Shown here piece by piece: positions 41,888 to 56,991 of a DNA stretch of 64,000 nt; position 1 is the stretch's first letter, and each line of letters starts with the position of its first letter. The position numbers and the translations under genes are program-made. The notes beneath the pieces were generated by a model that saw only the letters and a program-made list of their open reading frames with translations, had not been told where the DNA came from and did not search any database. Origin of the DNA: Octopus vulgaris (lineage: Eukaryota); the NCBI GenBank assembly GCA_951406725.2, contig OX597814.1, positions 11,036,001-11,100,000 of the forward strand. Direction: 5' to 3'.

Positions 41888-41888
<1 letters not shown>
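40653..41888 (-). mobile_element. 5'-truncated L1/Tx1-clade LINE (ORF2 C-terminus plus 3' UTR)
   Basis: 3' UTR ends cagccctgtgtggctaataaagaaa; TATC/TCTG repeats on both flanks; GC-rich interior. Confidence 0.9.
41033..41887 (-). CDS. Partial LINE ORF2 C-terminus with zf-RVT zinc knuckle
   Basis: Open frame ...ALRLRHLWLY...LAWQCYREALPVRDKL...CPRCGQSDETVLHALVQC...IWWTR; no start codon, truncated. Confidence 0.85.
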   Translation of the reverse strand, partial: ALRLRHLWLYVDDGEQVWSPFVRHAFPQLASMTELQSWIKKRPRKGEWHRECRVALKQLCRPGSTLSDFNTTKAFYRGLVEGRYDDELGANLDVDEEYLTRLFRTTFGPGPMDNFQRSLAWQCYREALPVRDKLYRHGSRNTGPTCPRCGQSDETVLHALVQCPTISDLWAYVEQLLSRVGRVGLSAESIVNIVTPPSFKREGRAIFIILVAMAKECIWWTRLKGLETNTFLSGQSLINFFKYHLKRKVRVERQVLSSECFKKRWVNVARMARMNDEATLSIVL

Positions 41889-41962
<74 letters not shown>

Positions 41963-41970
41963 TATAGATT

Positions 41971-42051
<81 letters not shown>

Positions 42052-42559
42052 GATAACAAACGAAAGAGATAAAAAAAACATTGCGTACTTGTAGAAAGAG
42101 AATAAATATGTGAAAAAGAAAAGGGAATGAGAGAGAATGTGTGTGTGTTAGAGAGACGAGGAGAGAGAGAGAGACAGAGAGAAGAGAAGGAGGGAGTTAC
42201 ACACAGAGAGAGAAAGAGACGGCAATGTATTGATTAATTCGATCATAAAATGTTAATTCTTGATGCAAAGGTGATGACATGCTCCTTAGATCAAGAACCA
42301 TTCGTTTTCTTTTAGTGAAGGGGAAAAAATGGGAAACAGAAAAAATACGTAAAATAAATAAAAATGCCAATAAATACAAAATCGGAAAAATAGCTAATGG
42401 CCGTTCTAAATGTGTGTTTGTTTGTTTGGGTTTTTTTTTCCTTTGCGTTTTTCAGATTTTTTTTTCCTGTTCTTGTTCTTGTATTGGTCTCCCACTTCAA
42501 TGATTCGTTGCCTCTTATATATTTAATTTTTAATATAACCCTGTTTGTTCCTTCTCCGT

Positions 42560-42623
42560 CTTCATCATCATCGTAATCATCATTATCATCATCATCAACA
42601 TCATCATCAAAATCATCATCATT

Positions 42624-42684
<61 letters not shown>

Positions 42685-42691
42685 TAATAAT

Positions 42692-42746
<55 letters not shown>

Positions 42747-42756
42747 GTCATCATCA

Positions 42757-42812
<56 letters not shown>

Positions 42813-42957
42813 TATTTATCTATCTTTTATCATTGCTATTATTATCATCATTATTATCAATATCATTATTATTATCATTATTCTTCTTATTGTTCTTCTT
42901 CCTCTTCTTCTCCTTCTTTTTCTTCTTCTTCTTCTTCTTCTTCTTCTTTTTCTTCTT

Positions 42958-43028
<71 letters not shown>

Positions 43029-43069
43029 CATCATCACTATTATTATTATTAATATGATTCTTCTTCTTC

Positions 43070-43142
<73 letters not shown>

Positions 43143-43144
43143 CA

Positions 43145-43177
<33 letters not shown>

Positions 43178-43647
43178 GTTGTTGTCGGTCATTTTAAGTA
43201 GCTTTTGTTGGCGTATAGTCTCCCTCTCTTTAACTATAAGTTGTGGCCATTTTGTGTCATCACCACTAGCATATTAGTCGTCGACGGCTTCTCCAACACT
43301 ACCATCACAATCATCGCCAATGTCATCATCACCATTATCATGATCATCATCGTCAACAGCTTTGTCAGCATCGTCGTCATCATCATTATCATCATCGTCA
43401 TCATTATTATCGTCATCATTATTATCGTCATCATTATTATCATCATCGTCATCATCATCGTCGTCGTCGTCATCGTCATTATCCTCCTCCTCCTCCTCCC
43501 CCTCATCATCATCATCATCGTCATCATCATCGTCGTCGTCGTCATCGTCATTATCCTCATCATCATCATTCTCATAAGCTCATCATCGTTATCATCGTCA
43601 ACATCGTCACCATCATCACCACCATTATCATCATCATCATTATCATT

Positions 43648-43686
<39 letters not shown>

Positions 43687-44081
43687 GTCATCGTTGTCGT
43701 CTTCGTCATCACCATTATCATCCTTGTCATCGTCGACGTCGTCATTGCCATCATCATAATCCACCATCAAATCCGTCGCCATTATTATCAACACCATCCT
43801 CATCGACTTCATAATTATCGTCATCTTAATTATCAGCAGCAGCAGCAACTATGAAAATAGCAGCAGCACAAATAGAAGAGCAGCAGCAGCTGAAACAGAT
43901 ACAACAACTAAATTATCATCATCATCAACGTCAGCATCATCATCATCATTGTCGTAATTACCCTTCTTCAGCTTAATCATCATCTTCACAAATCCTACTC
44001 TTCTGGCCGTTTTGAACATTCCGTACATCATCATTAGCAGTGTCTTCAAAAATCACCACCATCACTAAAACCACCACCACC

Positions 44082-44115
<34 letters not shown>

Positions 44116-44276
44116 TCATCATCGTCATTATCATCATCAGTAGCAGTAGTAGCAGTCGCAGTATCATCGTCACCATCATCATACCATCATGATGATGATC
44201 ACCATCATCATCAATATCACCGCCTCCACTATTACCACCATTCACACAACCACCACCACTATCGTCGTCATCGTCG

Positions 44277-44312
<36 letters not shown>

Positions 44313-44348
44313 ACGTCATCATCATCATCATCATCATCATCGTCGTCG

Positions 44349-44407
<59 letters not shown>

Positions 44408-44767
44408 GACGTCGCCGTCGTCGTCATGGTGTTCATTGTTGTCGGCGACGCCACTCCTCAATGAACGCTGACACCGCCATCTATATCATGATCGTTATCC
44501 ACCATAGCCGTTTCTAACGCCATTAACTTCATTTTCTTTTATGATCAAATCAACACCAAAATCATGATGATGTCAATGTCGTCGATGATGATGATGATGA
44601 TGACGACGACGATGATGATGATGACGAGGATGACTATCATCTTGATCATCATCAACATCAAAGCCTTAACATTACTGCTTTTATCATCATCGTTATCATC
44701 ATCAAAGCAGATTTAACCGTTTTCATAATCTCATTCGCTTCATCACCGCCACCATCGTCATTATCAC

Positions 44768-44800
<33 letters not shown>

Positions 44801-44920
44801 AACCATCATCATAATCATCACCACCACCACCACCATCACCATCACTGTCGTCGACGCCGTTGTTGTTGTCGTCCTCGTCGTTAACATTATCGCCACTACC
44901 ACCGCTGCCACCACTAATAC
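42560..44920. repeat. Compound trinucleotide low-complexity region (ATC/TTA/TTC/GTC/ACC)
   Basis: Direct. Confidence 0.95.
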
Positions 44921-45092
44921 ACGATAATCGACGTCGTTTGGTATTTTTAGTACTTATAAAAATATAAACATCAATATTAATATCAATAGTAATAATACTA
45001 CTAATGAGTGTTATTTCTATTATTATTTTCAGATGAAAGAAAACTAATACAGAATGTAAAAGTTAATCTACCCCCACTTCACTCTCTCTGTA

Positions 45093-45151
<59 letters not shown>

Positions 45152-45362
45152 GAATGTCCATATATAGAACATATACACACACATATATTTATATATATAT
45201 ATATATATATACTTCTATGCGTGTATATATATATATATATACATACATATTTATATCTACATCCATATATGTATATATATAATCGTGTATATTTATCTAC
45301 CTACCTATGTATCTATCTATTATATATGTATATATATATATGTATATATATATATGTATATA

Positions 45363-45415
<53 letters not shown>

Positions 45416-45649
45416 TATATGTCCAGAAGCATACATGTATACATAGATGGAAACGAGCAAGATGTTTCAAAAACTATACACTTATAGTTTAAAATAAAAA
45501 CAAAAATTAAAAAAATGTAGTGGGGGGCTTCAAAATTTTCTAGAAAAAAAAATTAAATCATAACCGCGAAGAAAAAAACCATAAAAAGAAGAATGAAAGA
45601 AAAAAAACAAACCAACAAGGAAAGCAAGCAAAAAACAACATCAACAACA

Positions 45650-45952
<303 letters not shown>

Positions 45953-46512
45953 GAGGAAGGAGCGGATGAAAAAAGAAATTACATATGAAGAATGAATATA
46001 TAAAAAATATACAAGGTGGTGGTGGGTCTGGGTGGAAGGCAGCGAATTATTAAATGAAGTTGTGAAGAGTAAAACTAGATGAATGGATTTTGGGAAAATA
46101 TGAAAGAATGAAAATTTGTATTTAATTTTGTGCTAATCTTTAGAAAGGTTGGCACTTGAGTTGATGATTCAGCAACCATTGCTTCATTTAGTTGTTGTAG
46201 TTGTTGTTGTTGTCGTTTTTTATATTTGTTCGTTTTTGCCTATTTTTGTTTTATTGTTGCACTGTGTAGTTTTGTAGTGGCTTGCTTCTTTTGTTTGTGG
46301 AAGACATTTTTTTTTTTTTATGTAGTTAGATTTTGTTATCGTTGACGTTGTTATTGTAGCAGCATTTTTTTTTTTGGTTGTTGTTTGCAGTGCTTCTTCT
46401 TGTTATAGTTGCGTTTGTTGTGAGTTGTTTGTAGCAGTTTTAGTCTTTGTTATTATTTTTTATGATATTGTGGTAACTTTTGCAGCTCTAAGACTTATTT
46501 GTTTTTGATTCG

Positions 46513-46583
<71 letters not shown>

Positions 46584-46592
46584 CATTATTAT

Positions 46593-46640
<48 letters not shown>

Positions 46641-46879
46641 TATCGTTGTTATTGTTGTTTTTGTTGTTGCTGTTGTCGCTGTGGTTACATTCAGTAGTAG
46701 TAACTGCTATTTTATTTCCTTTTGTTTTGTTTTCTTTTTCGATTTTGTTGTCGGGTTGTTCATTCTACTCTTTAATTCTCCAACTCAAACTAAAATAAAA
46801 TATAAAAAGACATTCTTACACACTCATACATACACACACGTGTGTGTTTGTGCATTTATGTATATATATGTGTGTATGC

Positions 46880-46914
<35 letters not shown>

Positions 46915-46915
<1 letters not shown>

Positions 46916-46965
46916 CAACACTAAAAGCAGTGGAAGAGCATCTTACTAAGCAGTAGAGATCAATG

Positions 46966-47036
<71 letters not shown>

Positions 47037-47068
47037 TATATGTGTGTATGTATGTATATATACATATA

Positions 47069-47110
<42 letters not shown>

Positions 47111-47178
47111 TATATACACATACATATATATATATATACATATATATATATATGTATGTATGTATATATATATATATG

Positions 47179-47212
<34 letters not shown>

Positions 47213-47317
47213 CATACACACATATATATATGTATATATGTATGTATATATATTCCATTTTCTATTGATCTTTCCTGCTTAGTAAGTTAGAAGCTCTTCC
47301 ACTGCCTTTAGTGTTGC
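46915..47317. repeat. Fold-back: 55-65 bp inverted arms around a TA-rich microsatellite
   Basis: gcaacactaaaagcagtggaagagc..cttactaagcag..agatcaat..ggaata versus its reverse complement at 47251-47317. Confidence 0.85.
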
Positions 47318-47569
47318 AGCTACAGCTGGTGTTGTTTTTGTTGTTATTGCTAATGAAGATCAGAGCGGCAGTGATGATGTTGCTATTGTTGCGAAAGTTA
47401 TTTCTGAGGATTGTGTTTTATTGTGGCCTTCGTGGCTGTTGCCGTTGGTGATGATGCCGATGGCTTGACTGATGGTGGTCGTTAATGGAGGTTGTGAGGT
47501 TGTTCCTGGAGAGTGCGATGTATGTGCTTTATAGCAATGTTTATGATAGTGTCTGATAATTGCAGCAAC

Positions 47570-47611
47570 AGCAGCAAGATTAGCAACAAATGCAGCAGCA
47601 GCGGCAGCGGC

Positions 47612-47661
<50 letters not shown>

Positions 47662-47811
47662 CAGCAGCAGCAGTTGTAGTGGCAACAGCAGTTGTAGTGG
47701 CAGCAGCAGTAGTAGTAGTAGTAATAGTAATAGTAGTTGTAGTATTAGCAGCAGCAGCAACAGCTGTAGCAGTAGTGTAGTAGTAGTAGTAGTAGTAGTA
47801 GTAGCAGTAGT

Positions 47812-47883
<72 letters not shown>

Positions 47884-47885
47884 TG
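47570..47885. repeat. (AGT)n/(AGC)n tract
   Basis: Direct. Confidence 0.95.
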
Positions 47886-49121
47886 TATTGCTGTAGTCCA
47901 ACACTAATTGAGCAGATCAAAGGTCGAAGCTATTAGTCCTGCTTTTCTATTTTCTTCGTGATAGTACTGTTCGTACTAGTTGAATACACTTAATGTTTTT
48001 TTCAGGGATTGTTAGTAATAATCATTGTTTTGGTTATAATGGTAATGATAGTAATAGTCGTTGTAGTAATGTCGTTGTTGGTGATGGTTTGGTGGTTAAA
48101 ATGGCAGATGTGGTGCTGGAAATGTTTAAGATAGTAGTTGTGCCATTTTGCTTTTGCTCTCTGTTTTAATTCAATAGTTGATCCCCATACATGATAACAG
48201 AACATGTCTAGAAGCATATCAAAAGTCGGCAAGGTCTGTTTTTCCCACCTTTTGCTGGGTTATAGTTTATGTTACAAAACTGCACCGCGCGTTATGATAG
48301 AATTTTTCCTGTTCTGAAATATATTTAAAATCGGATATAGATTCTGATTCACTACATTATAAATGAATCAGGATATCAATGGTGTTAATAACTGTTATTA
48401 TATTTTCAAAGTTGCATACAGGTTTTATATTGCCCTATCTGACAAAGCAAACATTTGGCATTAAATGGTGGTTAAAAACAGCTCGTTGATCTAAATTTTG
48501 TCAATGACATTGCTCATCATAGCCACATGCGTAAAAACTTACAGGGTATTATTAAAATAGAACTCTAAAACCCCAAACCTCGTTGCTATAAGAGGGTTAT
48601 ATATTAGCAGCTAAAAAGCTAAAGGCTCCTTCACATAGCTAAAGAGTAAGATCTTTTCTTCACAGCTACAAAGACAATGTATTTTCCACACAAATGTTTT
48701 ACTGGGATCCATATGTCTCATGAGAACATGGATCTGCGTTTAAAAAGTTTATTTCCAAAGTGCAGAACTGGGCAGCGTTTTTACAGATGGCTAACAGTTA
48801 CATGCAACAAATCTCCCCTGTTCTCGCCACAAATATCATCTCAGAAAACAAGTAATGGTTGTTACACTTTGGCTCTATGATAAATTCAGAATGTTAATAA
48901 ATACTGTAAGAGTATTTTGTTCATCTTTTTACGATTCCGACAATTCACAGCTCTGTAATGGTATTTCATTTACTCTGGAATAATAGACAGAAACCAAAGT
49001 TGATCTTGGCAGGATATGATCTGAACGAGATTTGGCTGCTATTTCGAGGGCCAGCAGAAATGCTACTTTTGGGTCATCTATGTATCTATATTAGTGACTA
49101 CTTCGTTTATCTACTACTAGT

Positions 49122-49513
49122 AGGAGGTAGGAAGCACTCCGTCGGTTACGACGATGAGGGTTCCGGTTGATCCGAATCAACGGAACAGCCTGCTCGTGAA
49201 ATTAACGTGTAAGTGGCTGAGCACTCCACAGACACGTGTACCCTTAACATAGTTCTCGGGGATATTCAGCGTGACACGGAGAGTGACAAGGCCGGCCCTT
49301 TGAAATACAGGTACAACAGAAACAGGAAGTAAGTGTGAGAGGAAGTTGTGGTGAAAGAGTACAGCAGGGATCACCACCATCCCCTGCCGGAGCCTCGTGG
49401 AGCTTAAGGTGTTTTCGCTCAATAAACACTCACAACGCCCGGTCTGGGAATCGAAACCGCGATCCTATGACCGCGAGTCCGCTGCCCTAACCACTGGGCC
49501 ATTGCACCTCCAC
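49122..49513 (-). mobile_element. Full-length tRNA-head SINE, body A + tail 1, 14-bp TSD
   Basis: A-box tggcccagtgg, B-box gtttcgattcc; TSD tatctactactagt at 49108-49121 and 49514-49527. Confidence 0.93.
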
Positions 49514-50792
49514 TATCTACTACTAGTCCTATCATGAAACAGAAGTAGTTAATGATCGTTTAAAGTGAATCATCTTACGTATTGGATATGTAATATCTAA
49601 TGAGACATTTCGTTTTTAATTTGCCTCTGCTACATTCTCAAAAGATATCTTTGAGGTTCATTGGAAAATGAAAAACGTATTTCGATATTTTCAGACCGAT
49701 TTCTGATTTTGAGTTTTTCTCTAAAATTATAATCGTTATAAGGATTTCATAGATGCAATCGATTAAATATTCAAACTAACTTCATTAGGTGCTCATAAGA
49801 AAAACTTCATCGCAATTTCCTCTTTCAGAATTTTAGAAGAGGAATACAACAAAACTATCAAAATTATCCATTATGTCAAGAGTTTGAATAAACACGGAAC
49901 TGATTTAAACATTAAATGAAAGGCTCTCGAAAGACAGAGATCATATAATGACATAACAAAAAGTTTGCGGGCCATACATGGCTGAGATAAGCTTCGTTTT
50001 CACTGCCTTTCATAAATATTAAGTCTATATGTCAGATCAGAAATAATCACTGGATGTCGTCACCTTGAGAAGTACCTTCCGAAGCATTGGAAGATTATAG
50101 CATTATCTGATTGAATGGATCAAATTTATTTGCCAAGAACAATCATATACACTTTATATTTCCCTTCTGAGTTTTAACGAACTAATAAACATTTCCAATC
50201 TTACCACCCATTACAATAAGGCACTCTGATATTTTAAACAGTTTTCTTTCTGTACACATTTCCATTGGTTTCATGGAACAGTATTTAGCTATTTACCGAG
50301 AACAAATATGATATCTCTTTTCTTCCTCTTTAGTATCCACCTATTAATTCACAGTTCTGATCTCCCTTAACATTATATGATACTTACACATCATATGATA
50401 ACTCATTTTTTAATAACTTTCAATCCTCGTTTTCCATTAGAAATTATATGCAACCCTTTCCTTACTTAACTTGGTTATATTTTTTAAAGTCATTTAAATT
50501 CTCTATTCTTAATTAATCAAAAAGGAAGAGCTCACATAACAATACTTATATGCAATGAACAATATCCAAAAATTTTAGACGCGAAATGCAATATCGGAAA
50601 TACGCATGTATGTCAAAGTGTTAGTCCGTCGTCTGATGATTTCTAAAAATATTCTGAATATGAAACTTAAGTTGCTAACTATTATAAGTAAAAGGTTATA
50701 TCATTGTTTAAAATTTTTTTTTCATTCTGCTAAAAGTATTGAACATTATATTTTGTTTGTAAACACCTATATCCTATTATATATGTGTGTGC

Positions 50793-50833
<41 letters not shown>

Positions 50834-50906
50834 TGGAGAGAGAGAGACAAAGAGAGAGAGATGGGGAAAGTGAGGCAAATCGAAAATATAAATAAAAGCC
50901 TATATA

Positions 50907-50949
<43 letters not shown>

Positions 50950-51967
50950 GTATTTATGTAGAGACACACACACACACATATACGTACATATGTGTGTGTG
51001 TATGTGTGTGTGCGTGTGTGTGTACGTACAACTATATCTATATCTCAATATCTATGAACAGACATAAACACACACACATACAGATAGAGCAAGAGAGAGA
51101 GAGAGAGAGAGTTAAATGAGAATAAAAACACAGATTCACATACAGACACACAACGCAAACACATACAGACACACACTACAAGCACATACATACACACACC
51201 ACAAGCACATACAGACACACAATGCAAACACATACAGACGCTTCATGCTGATGTCATTATCATGTAATTTTGCCACGTTCGACCAAGCCCGTCAACCCAC
51301 TAGAATTTTTATTGTAACATCATTTTGTGTGAGTGTGTGTGCGTTTGTGTCTTCATTATCTATATCATTTGTGTATTTTATTCTTTCTATCTCAGCGTAT
51401 GTGCGTGTAACTTTTTACGGGTCAGCCGATAAAATTTGAACTCTGCAAGTCTCATCGTTACAACATCATGGGAGGTCGGTAAAATTATCTCCCCTTTTGT
51501 TTTGGGCTTTTCTATTTTTGCTTTGTTTTCTTTCGTTTAACTTAAGCATTTGTTTAAACTCTACCAGCCGCCATCATCTTTTGTTATATTTCTGTTTTAC
51601 GTTTTGTTTTCCTTTATTTTGTTTTTTTTTTCCTTGTCTTACAATAGCGCCATATTGTGTATCAAATTCAGCTATCATTCTATCATATCGTGATTGCATG
51701 TTTACGAGTCAACTGATATTGCTTAAAGAGCTGAAATAAAAAACCTTATACAAAAGTAGTTATGACGATATCGCAATAACGGTGATAGCAAAGACCTAAC
51801 AAACGCCAATAGCGCCAATGCGAGATGTCCTTTTTAGGGTGTTTAAAGTTAAGACAACTGGCTACTGCCATTGTTTTTGTCTCATAAAATGGGCAAGTGT
51901 TGCATAATTTACTACCAGTTCTTTTATTACGTTTTTACAGAGATAGATAAGAATAACATGCACAGAC

Positions 51968-52016
<49 letters not shown>

Positions 52017-52272
52017 TTAATATCTTCATAAATGTACGTATATACACATATAGATATGCAAGCATGCACATGTGATCACACATACACACATGCGCATACA
52101 CGTACACACACAGACACACACACACAAACACACACACACATATATATATACGTACATATATATGTGTGCATGTGTGTGCATGTATATACTAATATATATA
52201 TATATATGTATATATATAAGTATATATATACACGTATTTATAAAAGTATATATATACACGTATATATAAAAG

Positions 52273-52319
<47 letters not shown>

Positions 52320-52728
52320 ATATATATATACATATGTATATAAAATATATATAGGTATCTATATATCTATGTATGTATTTACGTATATATGCGTGATTTT
52401 TGTACACTCGCACATACATGCACACACTCAATTGTCTATGGATGTAGGTATGAGAACAACTACTATTTACAATATTTTTATGGTGACAAGAGATCCTAAA
52501 GATAACGGCCGTTTTAAACCCACACCCCTCTAGCACCACTCCTCTATTTGTCCTCCCAATATTTTATTCTCTTTCTTTGTCTTCTTGTTTCTGTATTTCT
52601 TTCTCATACGCACACATTTTTATAGAGACTAAAATATTCATGAAAACACACTTGCCGCACATATACACATATCTACAGATTCACGGATACACAATTGAAA
52701 CAATGAACACTCCTACAATACATACACG

Positions 52729-52810
<82 letters not shown>

Positions 52811-52811
52811 C

Positions 52812-52872
<61 letters not shown>

Positions 52873-54472
52873 ACTGCAGCCTATGATGTATGATATGTAA
52901 ACTGCAGAGTATATACACCCTGTGTTGTGTTAATATCTTCATATACAAAGAGAAACTTCGTGAATCATCTGCGTAAATGATGTGAATGATATATCGAACG
53001 ATCTAGAAAAGCAAATATCATATGCCCACACGTACATGCATAACTACACACACACGTACACACACGTATATATATTTATAATATACACACGAATACAAAC
53101 TCACACTAGAGTCATAAACAAATGCATTATATCTGAGATGCAATATACTCATGCAATTTTATAAACACATATTCATACATTGATAACGAAAATAGATATT
53201 TTGTGAGTATGAGGAAAACATGTTTGTGATTATATCGCTTTTGTAAAGAGCTTAAGAAATATGTAAACAGATTCATGTTTACAATGAAAATATATTCAAC
53301 AATGAAATTCCACTTGAAAATAAATATTGGATGTACATAAGGACATATGGAACATAGATATGCCATCCGTACCACCCTAGAATAGCCATGGACAAACCCC
53401 TGATATTAAATGCATGCATATCAACCCGAGGAATATTAGTGGAACATTGCCATCAAAATTTCTACCATAAGCGAAATATCACGCTTGATATATTTGTTTG
53501 AGACTGTAGATATAGTGATGAGATTTCTTGCAGATGTAAAAACTTCTTCCAAAGTCAGGAAGAAAAAAAAATTATGAATATTTTGAAAATTTATAACATC
53601 TTGTCTTAGACTATACACACAATTACAGCAGTAATTATTGTTGTACTTGGCTATGTAAGCAAATGTTTAAGGGAGAATCTGGAAGAGTTATGGTTTTCAA
53701 GTAAAGTTGTTTCTCCAGCTAACTCGCACGTTACAATTATATTCTGTGAGCGGAACAGAAAAAAACTTTGCAAGTCTTTTCCAGGGTTCAACATGTGACA
53801 GTCATTGCTCTTCGTATCCAAATTATACCGATAGAACTTTGAGATGTGTTACTTTGATAGAAAGCTCCTGTTTTATAGGAAGAAATCAAACATTTAAAAG
53901 AAAGGCATGTCTATATGCAAAAGACAATGTACTTCAGCTGATAACAGCTATTGAGGCAGAAATACAGCTGTTCTCTTGTCTTCAGACAAATAAAATGTCT
54001 CCGTTAATGCGATATCAATCTTGGAGAAGTCTTTTGTATTGAGAATATCTTCCATTTTCTTTTAGAGATGGCCTCAAGTACCACCGAAGGTTGTAGTAAC
54101 CTCTCTGGAAGTGAATATGATTCCAGTAATACAATAATTTATGCTGTATGGCATTTAATAAACTTTTATTCGTCAATATCGTTCAGATATGTGCTACAAG
54201 CCGCTCTGATCTATTTCTCATAGCTGATTTTCATTTATACATACATAAATACATAAACACATACACGTATACATACCTACCTATATACATATACACATAT
54301 ACATGCATATATATGTGTGTGCATGTATGTATGCATAGATAGATAGATAGAAAGATATACACACACATACATACACACATACATACATAAATACAGACAT
54401 ACAGACATACATACAGACAGACAGACAGACAGATAGATAGATAGATAGATAGATAGATATAGATAGATAGAT

Positions 54473-54582
<110 letters not shown>

Positions 54583-54776
54583 CTATACACATAAACGGGC
54601 ACATATGCATGCAAACACACACATATACACACACACACACATATATAAGTACACACAACTCAAATTCATTGAAATATGCTCATAGGCAATTGTTCACATG
54701 ACGCAAATATATATACATGCATATATATGTGTGTATATGTATGTATGCATGTATGTATGTATGTATGTATGTATGT

Positions 54777-54840
<64 letters not shown>

Positions 54841-54842
<2 letters not shown>

Positions 54843-54991
54843 GGATGGATGGACTGATAAGTTGACAGACAGTCAGACCTACAGACAGACAGATAGATAT
54901 ACCCATACACACACGCACATATATGCATACAAACGCACACACACATACACACGCACACACGCACACATAAGTTCACGCACCTCAAATTCAT
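54841..54991 (+). repeat. 151-bp direct repeat, copy 1 (copy 2 at 58675-58825), each preceded by (GATA)n
   Basis: Copies appear identical by eye. Confidence 0.9.
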
Positions 54992-55672
54992 CGAAGTAAT
55001 ATACGCTCCTAGGCACTTGTTCACGTGACGCAAATACACACCCATCCATACAAACATCTTTTGAAATACGTTCTGCCTCAGATCTCAGACACTTGCAGTT
55101 ACTCCTACCACGCACAAATATCTACAATAAACACGCGTCCTGATATAAGGATTGTATAACAACGTTGACGACCTTCATGTGATATTCAAGTTTATCGTGA
55201 CATCAATACTGTCAGTAGTTTACGTGTTTCTTATGATAACCCTAGATCATCCCTCGAACCTCTCTGTCTCCGCATGTTGACCTCTCCCCATCTCTTTTCT
55301 ACATGTCATAAACAAACGTATATACATATACAAATACACACGCATATAGCCAAACATACATGCTCAGATATATGCTGTTTTTTTTTTTGTCTTTTTAATG
55401 GTTAATTCAGGAGACAGGAGCAATGTCTATGACCTTCCAAGATCGATTCGGTTTATATGCAGTTGAGCATATGTAAGTCAGTGTCTGGAAAAAAAAATAA
55501 TAAAAGTTGGCAGGCAGCGAATTCCGGTGGATTGACGTTCTGTAGAAAAAGGACTGCAAATGCGTTTAGTGTGGTTCCTCGGTGGTAAAAAATATATCCT
55601 AATGTATGGGCGTTGGATTAGACAATTAGAGACAGGTTTGCTGCAAGGATATACTCAGAGATGGTATAGAGC

Positions 55673-56080
55673 GAGCTGGCAAAAACGTTAGCACGTCGGG
55701 CGAAACGCTTTGCGGTATTTCGTGTGCCGTTACGTTGTGAGTTCAAATTCCGCCGAGGTCGACTTTGCCTTTCATCCTTTCGGGGTCGATAAATTAAGTA
55801 CCAGTTACGCACTGGGGTTGATGTAATCGACTTAATACCTATGTCTGTCCTTGTTTGTCCCCTCTGTGTTTAGCTCCTTGTGGGTAATAAAGAAATAGGT
55901 ATTTCGTCTGCCGTTACGTTCTGAGTTCAAATTCCGCTGAGGTTAACTTTGCCTTTCATCCTTTAGGGTCGATAAATTAAGTACCAGTTACGCACTGGGG
56001 TCGTTATAATCGACTTAATCCGTTTGTCTGTCCTTGTTTGTCCTCTCTGTGTTTAGCCCCTTGTGGGTAGTAAAGAAATA
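55673..56080 (+). mobile_element. Family-2 SINE tandem dimer with one 10-bp TSD
   Basis: TSD ggtatagagc at 55663-55672 and 56081-56090; internal junction aaagaaatag/gtatttcgtctgcc. Confidence 0.9.
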
Positions 56081-56384
56081 GGTATAGAGCTTTAGATATA
56101 TACATCGTTAAGACAGATCTATGCTGGAGACACGTCAGAATATATACAACGTGCGAGTGATATTTGAGGACACATTTGGTAATTTGATAAACAATCCTGA
56201 TCAAGCAAAGGCCAAAAAGTATTTTAATTAAAATTTATGCAATGCTCTTGATAAACTTTCTCATAAGATTCTATGAACCCATCTTCAACTTCTTTGACTA
56301 CCGGAATCGATGACATGGCTAAAGGCCCTCGTTGGAGGAATTGGGATGTGCAGTGTCATAATTACCGAACACTAAGAATGTTAT

Positions 56385-56891
56385 TTTCTTTTTGATGCAA
56401 TCGAAGCATTCTCGCTGGATGCTTTCAATTCCATCCGAATATTGTGTACGAAAGACTAACTTCTAGCTGTTTTGCAATGTCAGAAGCCTTCGAACGGGGT
56501 TCGTTTTCCACAATTCTCTACAAAGAGCGACGCTTCCTTTCCGAAGGCCCAGGTCGGCTGGGACGAGAATCTGTTGATTCTTTTCCCCGGCTTTTGAATT
56601 GCACTATAATTCTATCAACAGTAGCAAGAGGAATTTGAAGATTTTCGGCAATTTTTCGCTGGCTAAGACCAGCTGCAGATTGTCCAACAATACGACTTCT
56701 TTGAAAATCTGATAGTTCTGCCGCATTTTTTGTGCGTGGCATAGTTACTCTTCGCAAATGTTTAATATAATGGCACCTGCAATGAAAAAGAATAATTATA
56801 TTGTAAATTCTACACCGCTGAAAAAATATTAAGACACTCAGATAAGAAATTTTGAAAATTAAAGGCGTCTATTTACTTCCTGCAATGTCTG
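56385..56891 (-). mobile_element. Internally deleted Tc1-like transposon
   Basis: TA|CAGacattgc terminus; N-terminal [39 protein letters not shown]; C-terminal remnant PARML.DCIKKK; catalytic domain absent. Confidence 0.8.
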
Positions 56892-56897
56892 TATATA

Positions 56898-56991
<94 letters not shown>

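Noticed and set aside
43973-44461. Asp-rich ORF resembling an acidic biomineralisation protein
   Set aside because: It is the (GAT)n strand of a trinucleotide tract and drifts into poly-M/V; no signal peptide or splice evidence
53400-54200. Complex sequence with a 111-aa ORF, possible decayed transposase
   Set aside because: No motif I can recognise with confidence
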